Source: a virus
Virus record (IMG/VR): IMGVR_UViG_3300044213_000051
Location: 23,218 to 87,217 of that record
Length of the DNA: 64,000 nt
Reading direction: 5' to 3' (one strand)
Of the stretch, positions 37,616 through 46,000 are shown piece after piece (the stretch's first letter is position 1; each line of letters begins with the position of its first letter). The position numbers and the translations under genes are program-made. Under the pieces are notes generated by a model. The model did no database searches and was not told the DNA's origin. It saw only the letters and a program-made list of their open reading frames with translations.

Positions 37616-37987
37616 TTAGCAGTTACAGTTGCATGCGCAGTTACAGTTGCAATTACAGTTGCAATTACAGTTTACGCGATAGTAACGGAACATACCAAGA
37701 GACTGTTCTTGAGAATCGTGACGCATACCAGCACCATTATATGCACCATTGGCGAAGATGTTAATACGCCAGTCTGTAGTATATATGTTTAAGGGGATTG
37801 GTCCTGGATTACAGTTACCACAGTTACAGTTACAAGCTGTGTTACATGCGTTACATGCGCAGTTCCAGTTACAGTTACCGTTAGAATCATTCACATAACG
37901 TGCGCCAACGTCACCCTGCCATCCCCAGAAAATACCGTTAAGGTCGGTACCACCCGAATTTCTAAATCCAACCGCTGCTACTGGCAT
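37616..37987 (-). CDS. Cys/Asn-repeat protein; candidate rSAM/SPASM substrate or fibre-tip protein
   Basis: 123 aa, 17 Cys in two tracts; GGAG SD within the end of the upstream fibre gene. Confidence 0.8.
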   Translation of the reverse strand: MPVAAVGFRNSGGTDLNGIFWGWQGDVGARYVNDSNGNCNWNCACNACNTACNCNCGNCNPGPIPLNIYTTDWRINIFANGAYNGAGMRHDSQEQSLGMFRYYRVNCNCNCNCNCNCACNCNC

Positions 37988-37988
37988 A

Positions 37989-39179
37989 TTATTTCTCCAA
38001 GTTTTCTAATCGAGTATTTAACTCTTTAATAGTTTCGTTTTGTTCTTTAATTGCTTCAATCAGTAAACCAACGATGTTAGCATAGGCAACAGATTTGAAT
38101 CCCTCGGAGTCTTCTCCGACTAAGAAAGGCATAACTCTTTCTACTTCCTGGGCGATTAAACCGATTTCTGGTTTACCTTGTTTCAGATAGGAAACGCCAC
38201 GCAATTGTAAAACAGTGTCTACGGCATTATTTAGCGTTTGTACGTTCTCTTTTAATCGTTGGTCAGAAGAAATCTGGAATCCGCCAGCATAAACAGTTCC
38301 ACCAACACTTTCGTTACCATTAACAGTATTGCTTCCTGTAAAGGTGTTATTAGCGTTTAGACGTGGAATATTAGAACCAACGTTAATTGTTGGATTACCA
38401 GCAACACCATCTGGATTGCTAATAGTAATATCTGATCCAGCAGCCAAAGTTCTTGGAACGATTGTGTTAGTTGCTGTTCTGGCAACCAAGCCAGTTGTAG
38501 ATAAGTTAGCGTAAGCTGTTAACTCTGCGCTGAATGGTTGAACGTCTGTACCAACACGAGTACCTAAAACTGCCTGAGCACCAGAAGTCGATGTTGTGGC
38601 AATAAGAGATCTGGCATAAGAAGTTAGCGATGCTGTTGTTAGGGTATTAGCACCATTAAAATAAACAACCTGATCAGCTGCACCAGAAATCCCTGATAAT
38701 GAGTCTAGTTTTGTGTTCCACGCTTGGACGTTTGTTCCGATAATCAATCCAAGATTGGCACGAGCATTTGACGCATTAGTTGCGCCAGTACCACCAACGG
38801 ATACAGGAATAGAACCACCGCTAATTGAAATTGAACCAACCGACAAAGAACCAGTAAATGTAGCATTTACACCAGTAATGTTATTTGTTGAGGTTAAATT
38901 GTAGAATGTAGAGCTACCTGTAGAATCGCGAGTAACTACAGAACTGTAATTTGGACCAGTTGGTAATGATGGATTGGATTGCAATCCTTGTAACAAATCA
39001 GCGTCTAAACCAGATCCAACACCATCAACAGTCTCCAATTGCGTAATAATGTTATGCGCATTAAAGTCTGTGATTAATACTCTTGTCTGAATATCTGCGT
39101 TTAGGTTTGTGAAGTTGGCATCAACTTCATTATTTGTTAGGGGTGAACCCTTAGATTGTCTTAAAACGAGTGTCGCCAT
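37989..39179 (-). CDS. Tail fibre with C-terminal intramolecular chaperone (S74-like)
   Basis: LRQSKGSPLT..EVDANF N-terminus, DG.GSGLDADLL, GGTGA..A..ARANLGL, SSDQRLKENV...GLIAQEVE...VAY..IVGLLIEAIKE. Confidence 0.88.
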   Translation of the reverse strand: MATLVLRQSKGSPLTNNEVDANFTNLNADIQTRVLITDFNAHNIITQLETVDGVGSGLDADLLQGLQSNPSLPTGPNYSSVVTRDSTGSSTFYNLTSTNNITGVNATFTGSLSVGSISISGGSIPVSVGGTGATNASNARANLGLIIGTNVQAWNTKLDSLSGISGAADQVVYFNGANTLTTASLTSYARSLIATTSTSGAQAVLGTRVGTDVQPFSAELTAYANLSTTGLVARTATNTIVPRTLAAGSDITISNPDGVAGNPTINVGSNIPRLNANNTFTGSNTVNGNESVGGTVYAGGFQISSDQRLKENVQTLNNAVDTVLQLRGVSYLKQGKPEIGLIAQEVERVMPFLVGEDSEGFKSVAYANIVGLLIEAIKEQNETIKELNTRLENLEK

Positions 39180-39193
39180 TGTTTTCCCTTAGT

Positions 39194-39436
39194 TCAGCGA
39201 TCTTTAATTAACAGCAAAAGCATCTGTTTAATCTCAGAAATATCTGCCTTTATATTATTTATTTGTTCTGTATGTTGAGAAAGAACCTCTGATTCGCGTA
39301 AACGCTTCTCGTGTTCTTCTTTCATTTTTAGATAATTTTCATACTCGGTCTTGTTAGTATTTAGGATTGCTCCTGTACTTGTATCTCTAACAAGACCCGT
39401 ATGACCCTCAACCTTCAAAAATTTAACATTATGCAC
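39194..39436 (-). CDS. Small conserved hypothetical protein
   Basis: KVEGH..LVRD..TGAILN plus coiled coil; commonly follows the large virion protein in T4-like phages. Confidence 0.75.
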   Translation of the reverse strand: MHNVKFLKVEGHTGLVRDTSTGAILNTNKTEYENYLKMKEEHEKRLRESEVLSQHTEQINNIKADISEIKQMLLLLIKDR

Positions 39437-42400
39437 AAGAAATTACTCTAAAATCTTTTAGTTTAGGAACCGCACAAGTATTTGTGGATTGTAGAACAAT
39501 CTTAACAACAATTGTGTCATATGGTGCAGTATTTTGAGCTGTGTATGTAACATCCGTAAACGATGGGTCGCCGAACTGAACATTAGGTAATGTGCCAGCG
39601 TCTGGAGTCAACAATGTGTATGGAGTTGTAGCCAATTGACTGCTATCACCTAAACAAGTCTTATAGTAAACCAATACGTTAGCCTGTGTAGGAATGTTCG
39701 CACCGAACATAACACGAGTATAAGTCGATTGTGCCGCCAACTTAATAGGAGTTGTTACATATTTGCTTATTGTAGAACTTCCAGTTGGAGCAATCTCATC
39801 AACGAACAACTGTTTGTAAGAAACTGTTGTTCCAGTTGCACCAGCTTCGCTAGTGAAAGTTCCGCTAACAGTTAAAGTACCTGTTCCGCTAGAACCAGAA
39901 GCAAAGTTTCCAGGATTTGTGTCACTGTAACCAGTAACTAGAACAGTCTGACTATTGCTTGACGTTGTAGCACCACTGATAACAACATAACTACCAACAG
40001 GAATAGTTGCTAAAGCAGCACGAACTGCGTAGTTAGTAGAAGTTATTGTGTTACCAGAGAAACTAAATGCTCCAGTTGCGCCAGTAAACACAGGAAGAAT
40101 ATCAAGAACAGCAAGGTCAGTTGTTGCTGGATTTGGTACGTTTACGCTATTAGAAATAGCAATCATACTTGTTCTAGTTGTATCAATAACAGGAGATACT
40201 GCGTCATTTGATGTAGTCAATTGAGCAGAGAATGTTAATGATTTGGCACCAGACAAATATGTTGTTTCATTAATCTTAGAAGCAATAATTCTTGGAGCAG
40301 TAAAGTTATTGTTATTGTAAGTCAAACAAGGGCTAAAGTTAGAATCAACAACATATGGAGTTTCACTACCACTAATTGATTGACCAGAAGTAGTCTTAAC
40401 TGAGAACGTACTTGTTGTCAATGGGAATGTCTGCATTTGAACTGTTGGATTGATAACATCAAACTTGATGTTCTTAGATGCACGATATCCATTGCCACCA
40501 ACATAACCAGCAATCGTTGCGTTAGTTGTTGATGTAATAGTATAGCTATCTTTCAACACGTTACTAATTGAATGAGTTCCTAGAATCTGAGAAGCAGGAA
40601 TTCCGTTTAGAGGATTGATGAAATTACCTAAAGTATATGATGATAATGCTTCAGTTGCATTTGCTGTTAGTGTTAAAGTAGTGTTATTAGCAATAGCAGC
40701 AACCTGACCGATTAAAGTCATATTGTTGTCGTATAAACAAGAACCAACAACTAATTGGGTAGTGAAAGAAGTTCCAGTTCCAGAAACAGTGTTTGATGTT
40801 ACTGAAGTTGTAATAGTTCCAGACAAGTTTTGAGCAGCATTTAAACCATCGATAGTTACCATTGAAGCTGGTGGCATACCGTGATCATAGTGCCATACAC
40901 GAACACTGTTTGTGCCAACACCAGTTTGGAACGGATTAGTTTCCAACATACTCAATGGAACTTGGTCGTTGGTAAATTGTACGTTACCAACTACGTTCGT
41001 GTTAAACACAGCACGATTAATTGTAAACTTAATGTCACGATTCTGGTCAGGAGTCCAAGTAGAAGCATTCTGAGACAAGAACATTACACCAGCATATGGC
41101 TGTTCAGTAATAACTGTGTCAGTTCCTGGAACAGTATCTCCCATGTTAGAAACCCAAACATTATACGCATTTGAGTCAGAACGTAGAACGAAGCAATATT
41201 CAGTTTGATCTTCTACGTAAACTGGAGATTCGAATGTAAATCTTGTTGCAGTATCGTATGATGGCCAAGAACTTCCATCTGGTAGAGTTACGCTATTTGA
41301 AGACAGATTAACTTGATCTGGAGTTAATGTAACTGTACTGAAAGGTAATGTCAACGAACCTGGACTTCCATCAACCATATTGCGCATTGATAGAGTTACT
41401 GGAATGTTTGAATCTTTTGATGCGAAGAAAACATCAATAGAAGTTAAGAACGCACCACCTGGAGAAGAGATGTAGAAAGACTCAGCCAGTGGGTCGAACC
41501 AACCAGTGTCAGAAAGAACGTTGTTTGCAACAGAGTAAATTGTTTGATTAGCAGTTACCTGTTCTTGAACAATCTGTGCGTTTTGAACAGCATTAACAGA
41601 TTTCTGTTTAGTTTCAAGAGTTCCGTCAGCAACATAAGTCGAAGCGGCACGAGATGTATACTGACCAGCGTAAGTATTCACATCTAATAATTTGAATTCT
41701 CTTGATCCAGTTCTGAACGATAGAGTTGAATTGTTTGGAATATCAAACAAGAAGTTTACTTGACCTAATTTGTTTGTAATTAAATCTGTAGTAGATGGAA
41801 TAGAAATTGATGTAACATTACCAACTGCGTTGCTTACAGAACCAGTAATAACTTCGTTGGTAATAAACGTACCTTTAATGTTTACCAATTCCATTACTAA
41901 TGCGTTATTAGATGAATAGTCAATGTAAGTATTAACAACAACTGCAGTTGCGCCAGAAGTAGCACCTTTAACTACGTCTCCGAGGTTTAAACAAACTTGA
42001 GTGTCACCATCAATTTGACGAGCAACATCAGTTACAGAAGCACCAACATTTGTTTTATAATCAAATGTTCCTGATGTTACTGTATAAACCATTTTAGCTG
42101 ATGGAGTGCAGTAAGAATCAACTGCGATACCATCAAAATATGGATAGAATTTAGTAGAAGGTTTTAGTCCATGGACTTGAACTAATACATGTCTTGAGCG
42201 AATGTAAGGAATAACCGCAGTAGAAACGATGTTGTTACCAACAACCTGATAATCTGTTTGTAGTTCAATTGATGTTTGAGTACCAGTTCTTGTCTGACCG
42301 ATTGGCGTTGCTGTGGTCTCAACTTTAACAATACGGTGAGCCCAGCCACCAAGAGCACCAGCAGAACCTGGACCAACTAAAGCAGAAAGAGCAGCATCAG

Positions 42401-45400
42401 AGATGTTAGAAACAGTTCCCCAACCACGTGAGTCGGCAACACCAACACCACGTTTATCGGCAATGTAAGTTGTATCGCCTGTTGTTACTGGAACACCAGT
42501 CCACTGAGTTTGCCAAGCATTCCAAACAGTTCCCAGAATACCAGCTTTTTCAGAAATAGCTAGCATTGTGTTATAGTTGCCCATAACAGTTTGAATAACA
42601 TCTGGTAATTGATTTACCTCAAACCAATCATCATTTGGTGGGTTAAGGTTCATCACACCCAAGAATGAGAAGATCGCGAATGGGTTAATATTTTCTAACT
42701 GAGAAGCAAACTGCTGAGTGATGAATGGTGTAGTTGTGTATGGCAATGTGATAATATCGCCAGTAATTTGGTAATTTGACGCAGCACGTTGCGCATTGTT
42801 AGAATTTAATTCTACAAGATTAATGTTATCTGCTGTGTAGAATGGACGAAGTTGGTTATTCGCCATATCAATAGAGCAGAAATAATCAACGTTATTAGTG
42901 TCGCCGATGTTATTACCACTAAAGTTATCTACAATAAAACCATTCTTGAATCTGTTTAAACCACTGCTGTCAGTAGTCTGCATAGACTGAGTAGATTGTT
43001 CAAGCAATGATAAAGAAGTATAATACTCTAAGTTATTGATGCGTTTTTCTAACTTACCAATATCTAACATTGTGTAACGTTGGTTTTCAACTTTAGTTGG
43101 AGAAACGCTACTTGAATTAATATTATAAACATATGGCTCCATCGCTACGCTGTAAATTACCATACCATTTGATGGGTCTGCTGGAGCTGCTGGAGTTAAA
43201 GATGGAACACCTTGAATGTCAAAGAAGTTACCATTGATATCAAGAGCAATTTTATCTGTTCTCGGTAGGTAGTAGCTATAATCTGCTGCTAAATCAATAC
43301 CACGTTTTGGTGTTGGTGTATAAGAAGCACCAGTACCAACGAACACAGTCCCTTGACCAACAGCATAATCAGCAACACGTGGACGGAAGTCAATAGCATC
43401 GCGCAGGTTTGGTGGAATATCTGTATAACCAATACTGCTGTAAGAGTTAACAGTAAAGAAGTCCCCTTGACCGTGCGAGAAGTATTGATATGTTACTTGG
43501 ATTGGAGCAGTTGGTGCATTGTATGATGTTTTTAGAATCAATGAACCCAAACCATAATACTCGTTAGTCTGGCCATTATTAAACTGATAATTGTCTAATA
43601 GGCTGGTTACCCATTGAGTACTAGTTGGGCTAGAACCCCATGCTTGACCATCAGCTTGCTTAATACTGATGATACGATATACGTCAGCATTAGGAAGAGT
43701 AATAATTGGAGCTTGGGCAGTTGATGCAGTATTATATGTTACACTAACTGTGTTTAGAGTTTTAGACTTTTCGTTACCAGTTCCAGTACGAATAACGGCA
43801 CCAACTACACTATAAGTATGTCCGTTAGTTACACCTGAAACAGTTAAGTTTGTTCCAGAGATTGTAACTTGACTAATTGTTGGATTGATAGCCAAACCAG
43901 TTGTGTTATCCATAAACACATAGTTACCAATCCCAGCATAAGATGAGAAAGTACCAGACGATGTTGTGAATGTTACAACACCAGAAGCAGCAGTTGACGT
44001 GTATTTTTCGTAACAAGTATAAGATAATGTGTTCGCACCAGTAGAACTACGAATTGAATTGATACCGTAGTATGGCAGAGGGAAAATTAAAGAGTTTGTA
44101 TTTGGTTCTAGGATTGTAGCAGTAAATTCTGCATAAGCAACACCAGAAACAGTAGGTCCAGCAGCTGCCAATGTAATAGATGTTTGGCTATTAATAGCAG
44201 AAACTTTAACGTAAGACTGAGCAGATCCTGGATTAACGATAATTGTATCACCAACATTCAAATCAGTCTGGAAGGAAGTTCCTACACCAGTAACAGCAGT
44301 TCCAGAAATAGAGATTGAACCAGTCAATTTCTCGATTGTTGGGTAAACGTCTGCAGTAAAACCAGTTCCTGTATATGTAAATTGTTTTACGTTATCATAG
44401 AATGATTTACCTTGGTTCATTTGAACGTTGAATAAACCAAGTTTATAAACTGTAGATTGGTCATATGGAACATCACCACTATGATATTCAATATAACGAA
44501 TGCGAGCAGTACCAACAGCAGTACCACCAGAAGGAACTGTACCTAATGTTGATGTTACTGTGTCATATAGCGTAACTTGAGCATATGTATCAATCGGAGG
44601 TAGACCAGAGATATTTTTAACTAAAACATAGTTACCAACATCATCTGGACCTGGAATGATTGAAGCAGTTAGCTGTACAGTAGTTCTTGGTTTCGGTACA
44701 GTCAAATATGTTGTATTGACTTTAGAAATCTCATAACCTTGAACGTATGCTTTACCAGCCTCAAGACCAATAGATAAACTATTTGGGTCGCCATTTAAGT
44801 AGATACCACGATTGTAATTTGGATTGTCGGTATATAACCAATTGATGCCAGTGTTTGATGGACCGTCGTATGAAGTTCCTACAGTTTGGGTAGGAGCAGT
44901 AGTTACTGAAGTTCCACTATTTTGAGCTACATATGTATAACCATTGTTGGTAACAACATCGTCAATCAAATATGCTGTATTCGGAGTCCATTGACCACGA
45001 TTATTATTTCTGTTTTCACGAACATCAATTAAAAAGTCAGTAACAGTATAGTTACCAGCTTGGTCATAAGTTCTACGAGCAAGTTCAACTGATGGACCAG
45101 AGTAAGCAGTTGTGTTAGTTAATGTAAAAATCGCACCATCAGTTACACGGATTAATTCAATGAAAGACTTATCAGTCGTGTCATTTAATCCATATTTAAC
45201 CAATTTGAGTTCGATATAATAACGATGCGCACCTGGAGCAGCATAGTTATATGAGTTCTGAGCATTATCTAATAAAGTTGAATCTTCTTCAGGAGTAATA
45301 ATTTGTTCGCTGAAAATTAGACCAATCTTGTAAGAAGGAGTATTATCGTACTTATCTAGAAGAATAGTTTGTGGCTCACACAGACAGAAATAACCATTGA

Positions 45401-45965
45401 AATAATAAACACCAATTGCAATAGAAGCAGAAGAGCCCAAGCCAGTAGCTGTAGGATTGGCACCTGAAATATACGTTCCGATTGCTTGGAATGAGTAAGT
45501 TCCATCAGAAGTAGTGATTACTTCACCGTCTTGGAAAACTTTATCTGTGTTATTACTACCAGAGTTGGTATAATTAACGTAGATTGTTGTTGGATCGCCG
45601 TTGGCTTGACTTTGTGTTAAAACTACTTGAGCAGTTAGACCTGTTTGTTGACCGATAACTGTCGCACCATTAAGGTTCGATAAAAATGTTTCTACAGCAA
45701 CACCATTATATAACGCTTGAAGTTTTACGTAGCTAAGACCTTTTCCTGGCTGAGTGGATGTAAGAATAGATGCTTGTCCAGGAATAACCATCGCACCTTG
45801 CTGGAAAACGCTGTCACCAAAACGCTTAATTTGGTTTTGGAGAATACTCTGCATTTGAGTAAGTTCGCGAGCCTGAACAGCGAACGAAGGGCGATAAAGA
45901 ATTCTATAAAACTTTTTAGCCTCATCAAAGTCGTCATTATACGGTTCGGTATTGAAATCTATCAT
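39429..45965 (-). CDS. Very large virion structural protein (DUF4815/VrlC-like)
   Basis: PYNDDFD..K.FYRIL.RP..AVQARELTQ.QSILQNQ, RYTM.DIGKLEKRI.NLEYYTSLSLLE, RFKNGF.VDNF, DPLAESF, SQNASTW. Confidence 0.85.
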   Translation of the reverse strand: MIDFNTEPYNDDFDEAKKFYRILYRPSFAVQARELTQMQSILQNQIKRFGDSVFQQGAMVIPGQASILTSTQPGKGLSYVKLQALYNGVAVETFLSNLNGATVIGQQTGLTAQVVLTQSQANGDPTTIYVNYTNSGSNNTDKVFQDGEVITTSDGTYSFQAIGTYISGANPTATGLGSSASIAIGVYYFNGYFCLCEPQTILLDKYDNTPSYKIGLIFSEQIITPEEDSTLLDNAQNSYNYAAPGAHRYYIELKLVKYGLNDTTDKSFIELIRVTDGAIFTLTNTTAYSGPSVELARRTYDQAGNYTVTDFLIDVRENRNNNRGQWTPNTAYLIDDVVTNNGYTYVAQNSGTSVTTAPTQTVGTSYDGPSNTGINWLYTDNPNYNRGIYLNGDPNSLSIGLEAGKAYVQGYEISKVNTTYLTVPKPRTTVQLTASIIPGPDDVGNYVLVKNISGLPPIDTYAQVTLYDTVTSTLGTVPSGGTAVGTARIRYIEYHSGDVPYDQSTVYKLGLFNVQMNQGKSFYDNVKQFTYTGTGFTADVYPTIEKLTGSISISGTAVTGVGTSFQTDLNVGDTIIVNPGSAQSYVKVSAINSQTSITLAAAGPTVSGVAYAEFTATILEPNTNSLIFPLPYYGINSIRSSTGANTLSYTCYEKYTSTAASGVVTFTTSSGTFSSYAGIGNYVFMDNTTGLAINPTISQVTISGTNLTVSGVTNGHTYSVVGAVIRTGTGNEKSKTLNTVSVTYNTASTAQAPIITLPNADVYRIISIKQADGQAWGSSPTSTQWVTSLLDNYQFNNGQTNEYYGLGSLILKTSYNAPTAPIQVTYQYFSHGQGDFFTVNSYSSIGYTDIPPNLRDAIDFRPRVADYAVGQGTVFVGTGASYTPTPKRGIDLAADYSYYLPRTDKIALDINGNFFDIQGVPSLTPAAPADPSNGMVIYSVAMEPYVYNINSSSVSPTKVENQRYTMLDIGKLEKRINNLEYYTSLSLLEQSTQSMQTTDSSGLNRFKNGFIVDNFSGNNIGDTNNVDYFCSIDMANNQLRPFYTADNINLVELNSNNAQRAASNYQITGDIITLPYTTTPFITQQFASQLENINPFAIFSFLGVMNLNPPNDDWFEVNQLPDVIQTVMGNYNTMLAISEKAGILGTVWNAWQTQWTGVPVTTGDTTYIADKRGVGVADSRGWGTVSNISDAALSALVGPGSAGALGGWAHRIVKVETTATPIGQTRTGTQTSIELQTDYQVVGNNIVSTAVIPYIRSRHVLVQVHGLKPSTKFYPYFDGIAVDSYCTPSAKMVYTVTSGTFDYKTNVGASVTDVARQIDGDTQVCLNLGDVVKGATSGATAVVVNTYIDYSSNNALVMELVNIKGTFITNEVITGSVSNAVGNVTSISIPSTTDLITNKLGQVNFLFDIPNNSTLSFRTGSREFKLLDVNTYAGQYTSRAASTYVADGTLETKQKSVNAVQNAQIVQEQVTANQTIYSVANNVLSDTGWFDPLAESFYISSPGGAFLTSIDVFFASKDSNIPVTLSMRNMVDGSPGSLTLPFSTVTLTPDQVNLSSNSVTLPDGSSWPSYDTATRFTFESPVYVEDQTEYCFVLRSDSNAYNVWVSNMGDTVPGTDTVITEQPYAGVMFLSQNASTWTPDQNRDIKFTINRAVFNTNVVGNVQFTNDQVPLSMLETNPFQTGVGTNSVRVWHYDHGMPPASMVTIDGLNAAQNLSGTITTSVTSNTVSGTGTSFTTQLVVGSCLYDNNMTLIGQVAAIANNTTLTLTANATEALSSYTLGNFINPLNGIPASQILGTHSISNVLKDSYTITSTTNATIAGYVGGNGYRASKNIKFDVINPTVQMQTFPLTTSTFSVKTTSGQSISGSETPYVVDSNFSPCLTYNNNNFTAPRIIASKINETTYLSGAKSLTFSAQLTTSNDAVSPVIDTTRTSMIAISNSVNVPNPATTDLAVLDILPVFTGATGAFSFSGNTITSTNYAVRAALATIPVGSYVVISGATTSSNSQTVLVTGYSDTNPGNFASGSSGTGTLTVSGTFTSEAGATGTTVSYKQLFVDEIAPTGSSTISKYVTTPIKLAAQSTYTRVMFGANIPTQANVLVYYKTCLGDSSQLATTPYTLLTPDAGTLPNVQFGDPSFTDVTYTAQNTAPYDTIVVKIVLQSTNTCAVPKLKDFRVISCA

Positions 45966-45992
45966 TTTGCTCTATCTTCTTTGTTGATTGCC

Positions 45993-46000
45993 TATTTATT
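45993..46000 (-). promoter_or_regulatory. Late promoter (AATAAATA)
   Basis: Late-box variant upstream of the large virion gene. Confidence 0.6.
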
